The notes below the pieces were generated by a model, which ran no database searches, was not told the DNA's origin, and saw nothing but the letters and a program-made list of their open reading frames with translations. A stretch of 63,984 bases of DNA, counting the filler, from Thelocarpon superellum (Eukaryota), in NCBI GenBank assembly GCA_026025795.1. It is 3 parts of 3 records of this genome, joined end to end, with 100 filler letters (N's around TTAATTAATTAA, not from the genome) between each part and the next. Parts side by side here need not be neighbours in the genome. Positions count along the whole stretch, not along the records: positions 21,839 to 43,534 come from JAPEUG010000306.1; positions 43,635 to 63,984 come from JAPEUG010000326.1; 1 more part is not named here. One strand, 5' to 3'. Shown here piece by piece: positions 34,455-47,953 of this stretch. Both the position numbers and the translations under genes were made by a program. The first letter of the stretch is position 1. Every line of letters starts with the position of its first letter.

Positions 34455-37400
34455 TTACTCGCCGCCGGCAGTGGCCGTCGTCGCGGCCGGTGTCGACTGG
34501 CGAGAAGAGGGGGAGAAGGGCGGAGGTGGCGGCGATGGAGGCGACGACGGCGCCGCTTGTTGCGCAAGAGGCGGTGACAGCGAGATGGGCGTCGCGGCCT
34601 GGTCCGGGAAAAGCTCGCGTCGAAGGTTGGGAAGAAATCGCTCGAGGCGCCGCCACGTCTCCGTCCACAGCTTGGCGTTGGCGGGCTTCTGCGATGGCGG
34701 GACCAGATATCCCCCGCTAGACATGACGAGGATGATGTTCTTCAGGCTCTCGGGCACGGCTTCTTCCTGTGAATGGCATCCTGTGTCAGAGTCGAGGGGA
34801 CGAACATGGAGCGTTTACCACCTACCAGATTGTCCCCCTGTCCACTGTTCATCAACCGGTCCATGATATCCAGAATCTGAAGCCAGAGGTCCAACATCCC
34901 CTCCCACTCCGACAACATGACCAGATAATGGAGGAAGATCTTGCAGAGTAAGGTGGCAGCCTGCACTCTCGTCTCGCCCATGCCAACGGGATCAGATTGG
35001 TACACCTCGGGCTTTAGCAATCGGACGATCAGCGGGAAGAGCACCTCGCCAAAGATCGCCGTCCACTCTTGATGATCGATCGACGTGAGCTCCGGCGACA
35101 CCAGAGATCGCTGCAGGCTGGAGAAAGCTTGGTGTCGAATCTCACGGCAAGGATTGATGCATTGTTGCTTCAACGCTCCGAAGATTGGCGACCAGTATGC
35201 CGTCCACGCTGTCTTGTCATCAGTATGGTCGTCACGGTCCACGGCACATCGTGCTCCACCTACCCTCATGTCGCTCCAGCTGAGATTGCTTGATTAGATT
35301 CTGCACACGGCCCGTGAACTGGTAAATGATCCCAATTGACCTCGCGCCCCGCCGCACTGCTTCGTCCTCCCTGCGACCCGTCAGCTCTTCCCCAATCAAC
35401 GTATCGGTGAGACGCACGGGCGTTGGGCAGGCTTCGGCGACTTCCCCTTCCGAGCCGTCGCGTCCTGCTTCTGCTCCGTGATTGCCCCGATGCTGCCAGC
35501 CGACGCGAATTCGTTCAGTTGAGAGACCGCCAACTCATAGTTATCGGCAGTGATGGCCGACGAATCGCTTGCAGTAACGTCCTCGACGATTGCAAACACC
35601 ATCGCCGCACTCTCCTTGGCCGCACCAAGGGTCTCAAGGATCGACCAGAAGTCCGGAGAGTTCGTCATCTCGATCCGGAGCGATCCCGACTCGCGAAGAC
35701 AGAGTGCGATGCCCTTCAAGATGGACGTAGCTGACTGCTGTTGGATCGATGGATCGAAACTCGAGATCGCGTGGAGCACGACCGGGGGCCGCAGAAACGA
35801 ATGATGCTACAGGGAATCAGTCATGACCGGGTCGGAGCAGATTCATTCAACTCACGTGGCTCGCCCGGAGCAGATTGAGGAGGTAGAAGATGGTGCGAGA
35901 GAGGACGGTGGCGTGCACATTCTTCGCATCACGCATCACGGATTGAAGCGATTCCGCCACGTCTTTGCCAATCACAGCCATGGCCGCGTCATCGCGGAGG
36001 GCCAAGATGGTGCACAGTTCCAAGATGAAGACAATCGAGGGATCATAGACGATCCCCTTCGTCGTTGGGCGTGGTCCGTTAGTACTCGGAAGGGAGACCT
36101 CCGGCTTCACCACAATGACGACTGGGGACTTCTGCTCAGGCAGGTAGGCGAGCAAGGCAAGCACGAGAGCCTGGATAGAATCCACGGGCATATCACTGCA
36201 TTTGATCAGCGGACGAAGTGCATCAGCATCGTGAACGCCGCACTTACAGCACATGCACAAAGATGTCGTCCAAGAAGCACGCGCTGATACAGTCCAGCGT
36301 GCACAGACTGCTCTCCAATTCCTCCTCCGAAGGCTCCGGCGGATCGTCAGCCGCATAGCTCGACAAATACGAGGTAAAGGCGGACAGGATCCCATTCTCG
36401 TTGGCCTTGTGACCTCGCTCGACGACCTGTGATGGACTCTGCAGCGGAATCGGGCTGATCTCCAAGGCCGTCGCCGCCGGCGGTGACATCAACGAGTTGA
36501 CGAACAAGTTGAGCCAGATGCGTACAATCTATGGGACGATCAGTCGCATCCATGCCGATCGACTCCATGGATCAATACGTACGTGTTTCCACCCGTCTCG
36601 GACCACGCCTTCGTTCCCCGTCACGACCCGGAAGAGCACGACGGTGGCCAGTTGGGCTTTAAAGTCCCGCCCGAACTTGACCGCCAGCTCGCTCACCATG
36701 ACGCTGTGGTCATTGACCTGTACCTCGGTGTTGAGCGAGGTGTTGGGCGTCTGCTCCGAAGCCAGGCTGCTGATCGAACTGAGACAGAAGATGATGTGAT
36801 CCAGCGCGTCGGTCAAGCTGTACTTGGCCGCGATGCTGGCACACTGATCGAAGCCCGTCACGACGCGCGAGAACACGGCATCGTCCGAGGCAGACATGAA
36901 GACGTACGACAAGGTCGCCACCACCGGCTTCCACGTGGCCGCGAACATGTCGGCGTCAAAGATGTTGGTGTCGCAGATCGTCAGCGAACCGGCGGACTCG
37001 GTCTTGAGCAGCAGCTCCTTCCAGGCATAATCAAAGGCGTGCTTGTTGTCGTGCTCATCCGGGAGAATGATCTCGTTGGTCCGGATGGAGTCGTAGATGT
37101 CTTGCAGGTACTGCGGCTCAAAGTCCTTGCCCCCATTCACCCCCCGGAGGTTCTTGGCAAAATCGGTGTAGGCCATCCGGTTCTGCGTCTTGACGTTGGG
37201 ATTGTGCTGATCCGTATTAAGCATGATGATGGCGTACGTGAGCACGTACACGGCATCCTTGTCAGCGATACCCTCGGGCGTACACGTGGCACAATACTTC
37301 TCGGCGAAGCTGGTGACGATCCGTTCGATGAGCGGCGCTTCACCGGGCAGGCGGAAGGACTCGAGCAGCTCGCGGATGGCCTCGTCCACGCGCTTCCCGT

Positions 37401-39741
37401 TGAATTCGAAGAGATCAAGAAAGGCCTCGAGCAGTTGCTGGTGCGATCGCTTCGAGAGATATTCGCCAAGCTGCTTCTTCGAGACCCGCGTCGTCCCTTT
37501 CAAGAAGCGCGTGACCGCGAGCGGGTCGTCGGCCTCTTCGATGATGCCGTTCGACACGAGGTAGGCGATCCCGGCCTTGGGGTTCTCGTTAAACTTGCTG
37601 GCCCCGCGAATGATGATCTTCTTCAGCGCGCGCTGCCGTCGGAGGAGATCCACGTCGGCGTAGCCCTCTCGTCGAGGTTCAGCGTCGAGGCGGTCGGCGA
37701 TGAACTGCACGTAGCCGAGCAGAGCATCCAAACACAAGGGAGGAACGTTGGTGGTGCTCCACGTGGCCGAGTCAGGGAAGGCGTTGCGTGAGAGGAGGCC
37801 AACCATGTCTTCGCAAAGATCGCTCCGGTCGACCTCGCAGTCATAGTTGACAAACAGCTCGACCAGAAAGCTCGGAATACGTGCCAGCGCACCGACGCTC
37901 TCGACCATGGCCTCGCGGGCATCGGGCTTTCGCGACCCCCCTTCCATGCCGAGCTTCTGTCGATCTTTGACCGGGACGGGCGTGGAGCGACCACTGCTCG
38001 ATTGCGAGGGCGAGGCACGGACGAGCTTCGGCGCTTGAGGGACGCCTGCATAGAGCGCGGGATCGATGCCGAGTTCCGACGGAATCTCGACGCGGGGGTG
38101 GAGACAGGCGACTAGGTAGGAGAGGAAGAGTTCTTGCTGCAGTTTCAGCAGGCCGCGACAGGTCGCGAGAAGGGTGCCGGTCAGGCGCAGGGACTCGTGG
38201 AGGATGGACATATTGTCCGACCGTACCAGCTGGAACAAGAACCGGCAAAGATGATCCCGGGCCAGTTCAGACAAGCTGGGGTGCTTGGTGATGGATGGTC
38301 CGGCGACCTCCAAGGCGACGTCAAGGATACGCATCGCCATGACCCGCATATTGTCCGTGTGTTGTCGATCATGTGGGTCCAGCAGATCCACGAGGACTCG
38401 AAACAGTTCACGGATCGAGGGGAGAGAGTACGGCTTCGCTTCAGGGCTTTCGGGAGCATGGGGTTCGATGCGCAACGACTCCGTGTCGATGCCATTGGCG
38501 GGCGCGCTCGTAGCCTCGGTCCCGCTTGCTGCGGTTGCCGCCGCGGTACCCGGTAGATCGCCGGAGACTCGACCAAGGCTCGACGGTGAGCGTTCTTCGC
38601 TGGACTTGAGTCGAGGGGAGGTGACGTTGTTGCCGTTCTTGGCAGGATCCATCTTGACCGAGCGCATGTCCTCTCTGGTCTCTTCCTCCAATGCGCCGGG
38701 ATCTTCGCCGGCCTCGACCTCGAGATGCTTCAGCCGTTCAAAGATGACCTGACACATGGCGACCATGGACATCTCGGCGGAGCGACGAAGGAGCTCGGAG
38801 AGGCGGATTTGGCAGCACATGCTGAGACCCGTCTCCATCATCTCGCACACACTTTCGTCGCCCAGCAGTTCTCCCCCGGGGCCAGAGATCATGCCTTCCA
38901 TGAGCTTCAGGATCCGTAGGAGCACGATCTCGTCGGCGGAGGAGTCACTGGCTTCGAAGCGGCAGTGGGTGATGGCGGACGAGAGCAGCTGCATGGCCAA
39001 CGAGAGCCGAGGGGAGTCGGCGCTGATAAGGTTATATGCGAAGAACTTAGTGATGGCGACGAGAGCGAGCGAGGTGATGGGTGCGGACGTGGAGGAGGAC
39101 CGGATGACTTGCAAGAAGGGGTGAAGCAGTGCGGGGGTGTCAAAGGAGCGGATATCTAGTCGAGGTCAGCGGGGCTCGAGCAAGCGTCCGGGTCTCGATT
39201 GAGCTCCGGCCTTACCTCTACAGCCAGCCAGGTCACTCCGGAGATGGGCAAATGCCGAGATCAGCGGGTTATCCTGCATGCTCTTTCCCTTCTTCCCGCG
39301 TAGACCCCACCGGATGGCGACAGCGCTGTCGGCCTCCGCGGCCTTTTTACCTGCGGCCGGTCCGCGACTCCGTGGAGACCTCCAACCAGCCACGCCATCG
39401 CGAGGGCTCGGGGACCGAGGATAGTCGAAGACGGTGCCGGAGGGGGCCGGGCCCCCGCCACCAAGGATGGCGGAGACGGAGGAGTGTGCCCATCGTGCAT
39501 GTTTGCGCATGGCTGACGTCACGGCGATGCATTCCGTCGTGATCAAGGCGACGGGGTCGACGGCCACAGATATGGCCGTCGACCGGGTGAAGGTCTGGGA
39601 CATGGGGGTGAGGAGGGCTCCGGGCGCCGAGGAAACGGGCATCAGCCTGGACGACAGGGTATGATGGGCAACATTGATCTGCTCCAGAGATGTTGGGCCA
39701 GGCCGCGACGCTACGAGTTGCGAAGATGGGTCATGATTCAT
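34455..39741 (-). CDS. GEA2: Large Sec7-domain Arf-GEF of GBF1/Gea type; start may instead be the ATG at 39603
   Basis: AMRKHARWA, LFVNYDC, Sec7 motif FRLPGEAPLIERI, YAIIMLNTDQHN, HDS regions; five GT-AG introns. Confidence 0.95.
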
Positions 39742-40694
39742 TCCTCCTGCAGGCAGACCTGGAGCATGTGAGCTGTTGCGTGAGCATTTGGGACTCGCGT
39801 CGTGTGTCCTGGTGCTGGGACCGACAGTTTACGGCCATGCACCGGTCCCCAGAAACTCTCACGTACCGAGACAAGTGTTGACTGTATCTCCCGACTGCGT
39901 CGAGGAGGAGACGGAGCGCTGTCTCGGGGCAGAGATCAATCAGTCAAGGACTCGACCAAGTTCCCATGCACCAGCCGTTCCGCTAGTGAAGTTGGGAATA
40001 TGGGCAATGCCTCGTGCGTGGTCGTCGTGGGCTTCTGCTTGTCACCGCTGGCGGCGTTGGCGAGGACAGCTCGACCGCTACGCCCAATCAACCACCTCGT
40101 GCTCGCTGCCGATACAATATTTCGCTGTCGGTCATCGTCGCGCGGACTCGGTCACGGTCACGGTCCAACAGCGCTACCCGTGGCCGTATGCCTTCTCACT
40201 ACTGCGGATCGGAGGGACCACATGTGCACCGGGTGACGCCACGTGATCATGGAGAGGGGTGGTGATGAGATAAGTTGATCTGGCGCAGAGGACGCGATCT
40301 ATGACCTGCCGCAAACCCACCAGCAGCGGATGGTGGATGAGAAAAAGATATATACAGTAGATATCCTCGGCGGCGATGAGCAAGGGGGCACAACCCAAGG
40401 TCGAGACAAATGCAGAATACAGACGCCCTGTAGAAGTGATATCGCAGCCCCAGCGGGCGGAGATTCATGTTCGCTAATCCAACAGGTCGACGGCGGGTTT
40501 GCGTAGGTGGTCCAGAGGAAGGGTCTTCCTACGACTTCTGTGTTCAGCAGATGGAGGCCGCATCGATGCAAGGTGGCTGGTCCTTAGGACTTGAGCCCCT
40601 GGCCTGACGTGGCTTGATTGGCGTGCCTGTCCCATCGCGGGAAGTCGAGGCACACCATGAACGCGCCCGTCGTGAGCACGAATGGTGTGCCGCT

Positions 40695-42570
40695 TCATTC
40701 GAGCGGCGTCGTCTCGGTATCGCTCGTTTGCGTCGTCGACGTCATGTCCATCGCCTCAAGCTTCGCGTTCACTTCATCCTTCGCGGCGATTATGGCCCCA
40801 TCCTCGATCTCCGTCGCCGTACTGTCCCCGGCCTCGGTCTCCGCGTCGGCCGAGCCTTTCTGAAGCTCCGCTGCGGGCGCTGCCTTGGGCACGTCCGCCT
40901 TCTCCTTCTTGACCGTGTCCTTTAACGCCAGGTTTTGGATGTCCGTCTTGTCCTTCTCCCACTGCGTGTTGGGGTCGTTGAACTGCTCCTTGATCTTCTT
41001 CGTCCGCTCGGCCCGGTCCTTTTCCTCCTTCTCGCGCGCTCTCCGTTCTTGCTCCATCTCCTGCGTGGCGGGGTTAGCGTCGGGCAGGCGGTGCAGCGAA
41101 TAGACCAGGGCGCGCATACCTCCATGTGCCGGATGTCATCCACGCTTGGCTCGTACAGATGCCAGATGGTGTAGTGTGGCAGGCCAACGACCGAGAATTG
41201 CATCCGTTTCGCCATCTGGCCGCTGTCAGCGCGCGGTAGGACGCCTCGAGGCATCGCGTGGAGCCATACCTTGCCGAATCCTTCCGTCTCGGCGTGCTTC
41301 TCGAAGCTGAAGGCGGGGAAGTGCACGCCGGCGCGAAAGACCTTGGCTTTGGCCAAGATGCTGACGCCACCCACGCCATCAATCTCCATCTCCATGTCCG
41401 GGTCGCCGTAGGGATCGCGCAGATAGGCCAGATGCGGTCGCCACGTGGCATATTCGGCATAGCCCTCGACGATCACCGCGTCCTCGTCCAAGGTGTCGGC
41501 CAAGGTGAGGGCCGTTTCGGACTCTTGCCATGAGTTGAGATCGTATGGCTGTTCGCCACCCAGCCAGTCTGGGAGCGGGCGCCAGATATCTGCCGAGCAG
41601 AGTGGTTAGCACGCATGCATCAGGCGAGGGAGAGAGGCCACTCATGGCGACAGTCACACGTACTTGGCACGATGACGTCTTTGTTATGGCGCATCAGGTC
41701 CTCCAGGATGGTGAAGGGTGCCGTCTCCACGTCGGCGTCGCGCCAATACACCCAGCTATGGTAGGGGCGAAGGGCGGCGCTGAGCAGCCAGTTGCGGGCC
41801 TGGGCCATGAGCTTGCGGCGCGTGGCCTGTGCGGCGAAGCCATGGCGACTCTCGACGTCCTGGTTCACCTTCTGGCCAAAGTCCTTCTCGATGACGGAGA
41901 TCTCGCCGTAGGGCATGCGTGGGTCTGGACTATTCTGCAGCTCGTTGAGGAGCTGCGAGAGCAGCGTGAGGGTGTGGTCCTTGGAATCCGAGACGAGAAA
42001 AGCCAGGTCGATGAGGTGGTGAGGATAGGTGAAGTTGTAAAGGTGCGAGAAGAACATGGGCAGATGCGACTCGGCATCGCGCAGCGGCGCACAGAGGAGA
42101 ATCCGTTCGTCCCGCTCCCAGCCGCGCGCCGTGCCCTGCACATTGGCGAGGTCATAATATCGCACCGTCTCCAAGGGAAAAGCTTCGGAAGAGGAGAAGA
42201 CGCCCAGGACGAAGGAGGGCACGAGCGCGCCGCGGAGCGACGGAAAGAAGAGGAGGATCAGCAGGGTGGACAGACCGCCAACCAGCAGTAACCGTAGCAA
42301 GAGTTGTCTTCTTCTTCGAAAGGCCGGCTGCGTGCGCGGTTGGAATCTGCATCAGGTGCCGTCAGTCATTGTTCTCCCTCGCGCGTCCGATCACGGCATG
42401 AGGTCGACGTAGCGCTTGACCCAGCCGCCACCATGTCATGTCCGTCCGCGTCCGCGTGCAGGAGGATGTTAACATGGCCGTGCTCAGGCCTGTTCAGGAT
42501 ACGCTTACCGATGTGGGGAGATGGAGAAGGTGCCATTGGAATAGGCAGTGGCTTGATGCCGTGGCATCAT
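40695..42570 (-). CDS. ANP1: Anp1/Mnn9/Van1-family Golgi mannosyltransferase subunit
   Basis: Exon 1 MMPRHQATAYSNGTFSISPHR, transmembrane helix, YPHHLIDLAFLVSDS, RRKLMAQARNWLL, WRDADV, DGVGGVSIL, ETEGFGK, WHLYEPS. Confidence 0.92.
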
Positions 42571-43534
42571 CTTCTTGGAGGATGCCGATGCATGCGTGGG
42601 CAACATCCAGTCCAGGATGGGGGCCGGCCAAAGGGGACGCCGGTCGATGGAGTCGAGGGCCGGAGGTTGGTGGAGTGGTCGCTAGCGCCCCGAGCGATGA
42701 GGAGCGGGCGGCGCAAGGGGCGTCGCGATGGCCTTGCGTCGAATTCCTGGGACGAGGGAGAGGGCCGAGCTTGGGTCGGGAGAGGTGTGTCGAAGGGCTC
42801 GGACGCGGCGACCGGATCGCGGATGATTTGGGGGGCTGGCGCTGAGACGGACGCGGGAGCGGACGCCAGAGAGCATCACGAAACCGAAAACAACGGCATG
42901 TTCAGCATGATGCAGTGGCCATGGCGCGATGAACGAGGTCAGCTGGCGGGTGGAGGTCGCCCGGATGTTGATGATGGGGAGGGAAATCTGACAATAATCT
43001 ACCTAGCCCTGTTTCCGAGAAAGGCACGACGCACTTCTCGAGGCTGAAATGAGAGTTTCATGCATGGGCCTGTAGCGCCCCCTACGCGTTGACGCCCCAA
43101 CGTACGGGAGCGCCACACGATACTGAGAGACGAGGGCGAGTACGGAGCGCACTCCGCCGGCGTACTCTTGCCCGTACAGATCCTTGGTTTCCGTATGTTA
43201 CTCGTACTACGTAGCCCTCATCCGCGCCGTCGCCAAGAGCATGCGACGAGGTCTCCCACGCCTACGGCGGACTGCAGCTCAAATCTTGCTCTCGCCCGAC
43301 GTCGCTCGCTGGTCAGGGGGGTGGCCGATCTCCGCCCACGGTTGTTGCCACGATGTTTCTTCGGCTCCAGCCGGGGATGTCCGCAGATGGGGTGGGGCTC
43401 CATGGCCCCCAGTGGCCCTCTGCGTAACTCCGCGTTGTGAGCACTCGGACGCGCGATACGCTGACGCACTCCGCCTCGGCCAGCTCGTCTCGTCCAGCCG
43501 CTTGCTAGCTGGGCGAGGGACCTGATGTTTCAAA

Positions 43535-43634
43535 NNNNNNNNNNNNNNNNNNNNNNNNNNNNNNNNNNNNNNNNNNNNTTAATTAATTAANNNNNNNNNN
43601 NNNNNNNNNNNNNNNNNNNNNNNNNNNNNNNNNN
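43535..43634. other. Artificial contig linker N44-TTAATTAATTAA-N44
   Basis: Identical to 21739-21838. Confidence 0.98.
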
Positions 43635-43833
43635 ACGAGTGCCTACTTAGGCGGAGGATACTGACAAGACCTTCAACTGCTCCCCCCGCCAACACACTCT
43701 TCTTTGATCTGCACCTCTCGCTCTTCTCCCTCACTACCTTGCACCACCTTTGATCCACCGGCTTGCCCGACACCGCTGTCGACCTTCTTGTCCTGTTACT
43801 GTGCTGCCCGCGTCGTGCGAGTCTTGCATCACC

Positions 43834-45821
43834 ATGTCGGAACGCTACATCCCCGAGCACCGTCGGACGCAGTTTAAGGCCAAGGGCACCTTCAAGCCCG
43901 AAGAGCTACGCCGTCGTCGTGAAGAGCAACAAGTGGAGATCCGTCGAGCAAAGCGAGAAGAGAATTTGGCCAAGCGGAGAGGTATCACGGGCAGGGATGG
44001 TCAGGTCACCGTCGGCGGTCCCGGCGCGGGGCTGGGCGCTGCCCCCGACAGCGACGATGAGGGCGGCAACATCGAAAGCCAGGTACGCACTCCTCTTTTC
44101 ATGACCCGTTCCTTACATATGCTCTCTGCGCCGTCGGGGCGCCATGCCATCGTGCCCGTGCTCTGCTTCCATGGATGGCGGGCGACGGGTGGGTTGGGGC
44201 ACGTATGCGGTGGTCCAGTCTCAAATATCACCAGGCGCCGTCGTCCCTTCAGGCGCCGTCGCAACCCTTCCATTGCAGGGTGCGAGAAGACGTCGTGGAC
44301 GGTCTGGCTAATGTGTTCCGCTCGCGGCCAGCTCAATGTCGAACTCCCGCAGATGGTGCAAGGCGTCTTCTCCGAGCAGATCGATGCTCAGATCGACGCC
44401 ACGACCAAGTTTCGAAAATTGCTCTCCAAGGAGCGAAACCCGCCCATCGAAAAGGTCATCGAGACGGGCGTGGTCAGCCGCTTCGTCGAATTTCTCCGGT
44501 CGCCACATACTCTCGTGCAATTCGAGGCGGCCTGGGCCCTCACCAACATCGCCTCGGGTTCGGCCCAGCAGACCCAGGTCGTCATCGAGGCTGGTGCCGT
44601 GCCCATCTTTGTCGAGTTGCTGAGTAGCCCGGAGCCGGACGTGCGGGAACAGGCCGTCTGGGCTCTGGGCAACATCGCCGGCGACAGTCCCGCATGCCGC
44701 GACTACGTCCTCGGCGCCGGCGCGTTACGCCCGCTGCTCGTCTTGCTCGGTGACAACCGCAAGCTGAGCATGCTGCGCAACGCCACCTGGACCCTGAGCA
44801 ACTTCTGCCGGGGCAAGACCCCCCAGCCTGATTGGGTGACGGTACGTCGGGTGGTGTGACGGCCCCTTCCCGCGGACTCGTGCTGACTCATCGACCCCAG
44901 ATTCTCCCCGCCCTGCCCGTCTTGGCGAAGCTGGTCTACTCCCTCGACGACGAGGTTCTGATCGACGCGTGCTGGGCCATTTCCTATCTCTCCGATGGCT
45001 CCAACGACAAGATCCAAGCCGTCATCGAGGCCGGCATCCCGCGTCGCTTGGTCGAACTGCTCGTGCATGCCTCGACCTCGGTCCAGACTCCGGCCCTGCG
45101 CTCGGTGGGCAACATCGTGACAGGCGATGACGTGCAGACGCAGGTCATCATCAACTGCGGCGCCCTCCCCGCGCTGCTGGCCCTCCTGGGCTCGACCAAG
45201 GACGGCATCCGCAAGGAGGCGTGCTGGACCATCTCCAACGTCACCGCGGGCAACTCGACCCAGATCCAGGCCGTCATCGACGCCAACATCATCCCGCCGC
45301 TCATCAACCTCCTGTCCAACGGCGACTTCAAGACGCGCAAGGAGGCGTGCTGGGCCATCTCCAACGCCACCTCGGGCGGCTTGCAGAAGCCGGACCAGAT
45401 CCGCTACCTCGTCTCCCAGGGCTGCATCAAGCCGCTGTGCGACCTCTTGGGCTGCCCCGACAACAAGATCATCCAGGTCGCCCTGGACGGGCTCGAGAAC
45501 ATCCTGAAGGTGGGCGAGATGGACAAGGAGGCCAGCGAGATTCCAGCCGACCAGAACATCAACAAGTACGCGCTCTTCATCGAAGAAGCCGGCGGCATGG
45601 AGAAGATCCACGACAGCCAGAACAACGCCAACGAGGAGATCTACATGAAGGCCTACAACATCATCGAGAAGTACTTCTCCGACGAGGATGACGCGGCGGG
45701 CGACGTGAGTGAGCTAGCCCCGGCCCAGCAGGGCGAGGGTGGCACCTTTGGCTTCGGCACCCAGGCGCCACAACCCGGCAACTTCAGCTTCGCTAATGGC
45801 GGCGACTCCATGGACATGTGA
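43834..45821 (+). CDS. SRP1: Importin-alpha (karyopherin alpha)
   Basis: IBB domain [29 protein letters not shown] repeats [35 protein letters not shown]; introns 44083-44331 and about 44842-44900. Confidence 0.98.
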
Positions 45822-46803
45822 TGGGTGATTCAACTCACCCGCAGGCGCAGGCTTCCCTTCCGCCCTGGTGCCGAGTGCGGACGGTCGGGCCACCGATGCT
45901 AATCGTGTTGAGAGCGCCCATGCGGTGGACGGCGGACCTGCGAGGAAATAGTTGCTTTCTGCGTGACCCTTCCCCTGAACGATTTCCCTTCTCCCCTCCC
46001 CATGCGCCCGTCCCATTCCCATCCCCACCCTACCCACCACTACCCATACCCTGGCCCAGATCTTCCCTCCTCCAATTCGCCTTCCCCAACTTCCCTTCCC
46101 TCTCTTCCTGTCCCAACCCGGACGTCCCTCCCCACTGCCCATGCTCACATCGGCCCCCACCGTACCCCCGTCCCCTCCCCTCCCCCGCACACCACATGAT
46201 ACGACCTCTGTTAGCGAGAAGCCCTGGCCCCCCTCGGTTTCGCTCTCGTCTGGTGGTGTTTTTCCGGATCTGCAATGTCGATAGAGCAAGTGGACGAGTG
46301 TCAAGACCCAATCATGTATCTTCCCTAGAGCCTGACGGCAAGGCGCAACGGCACATTTCGCCTCCAGCTGTGCTCTCGCTTCATAGAGACTGTAGACGTC
46401 CATTCCAAATAGACGATACGGTGCGACGGTGCTACGGGTCAGCCGCTACTCAGTGGGGCGGATGAGGAGAACGCGTGCTGATCGATATCCTGCATTCCGT
46501 CATCGTCACCTGGCATTCTCGACTCTTTGCTGACTAATCAGATCGACACGTCTCGCTGACACGTCGACCCAGGCCTCTCCCCAGGCACCACGCACCCTGA
46601 AAGAGCCGTCTCAAGTGTTGTGTACACGTTACAGCGCGGACACCATGGAGCTAGACGTTCGACAACTTGGTCAGTGCTCCTCCTAGAGTACTCGCACGGC
46701 CTTCCACTGCTCGTAGTACAAGCTCTCCTCGCCGCGGTCGTCCGTCCTCACCCTCTCTCGCCCCGTCCCCAATCGTCAGATTGCCCCCCTGCGTGCGGGA
46801 ACG

Positions 46804-47738
46804 ATGTCGACAGTAGGCCAATTCAACACCAAATCGCCCACCATCAAACGCATCCGTAAGTGTGGGCTCACGCTGGCTTGTCTGCTCCAACGTCAACTGA
46901 CCTGACCCGTCCAGTGCGTGAGGCGGCCGAGCTGTCGACGTCCCCGAGTCCCGACTACCATGCCGCGCCCCTCGAGACCAATCTGTTTGAGTGGCACTTC
47001 ACGCTGCGGGGTCCGCCGGCGCCCTCACCCTACGCCCATGGCCTCTACCACGGTCGCATCGTCCTGCCGGCAACCTATCCGCTCCGGCCGCCGTCCTTTC
47101 GCTTCCTCACCCCCACTGGCCGATTCGAGACGAACCGGGAGATCTGTCTGAGCATCTCGGGCCACCACGAGGAGACGTGGCAGCCGGCCTGGGGCATTCG
47201 CACCGCCCTGGTGGCCCTTCGAAGCTTCATGGACCAAGAGGCCAAGGGCCAAGTTGGGGGCCTGGACACGGACGTCAGCGTGCGCCTGCGTCTGGCCCAC
47301 GAGAGTCACGCCTGGACCTGTACCGGCTGTGGCGGCCGGAGCAACACCGAAATCATCCAGGAGGTCGTGGACGCAGCGGAAGATGTAGGTGGGGAGAAGC
47401 CGAAAACGGAGGAGGTCCCCGTGGAGCTGCGGCTGGCTTACAAGGACGAGCTGAGAGCGACGACGGAGAAGCCACCGGACGGGTCTACGTCCGCTACGAC
47501 CGCGGTGGCACCCGCACCCGTCGCCAGGAACCCTGTCGGCGTCCCGACAACCCCAGCGTCTTCCGTCCCCGCCTCTCGACGAGCTGCGATCCCCACCCCC
47601 ACGCGGCCGCTTCCTGCTGTTGCCCTTGGCGAGACGCAAGGGGCCAACAATGGGATTCCAGTATGGGTAGATCGGGCGATTGGCATCGTGGCAGCATGTC
47701 TTTTCTTGATGCTTGCCCGAAAGGTGCTGGACCTGTGA
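46804..47738 (+). CDS. Tail-anchored ubiquitin-conjugating enzyme of UBE2J/Ubc6 class
   Basis: FNTKSPTIKRI-intron-REAAEL, NLFEWHFTLRGP, TPTGRFETNREICLSISG (active-site Cys), C-terminal transmembrane helix. Confidence 0.92.
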
Positions 47739-47953
47739 GTACCGTCCATCGTCCTGGAGACAAGAGACGCGGCACTTGCGGCTACCGGTCTGTGATCTTG
47801 CATCTGATATCCTTCCCGGCGTTACGGATGAGCAGTTGGAGGGCGGTTCATTGGGTTTGGAGAGCGTCTATATGGCGCCGCGCTCGTCCAGGGTCGAGAA
47901 GTCACTGAGGCTGCCACATAGAAGGATTGCCATAGAGCTGTCCGGCAATATTA

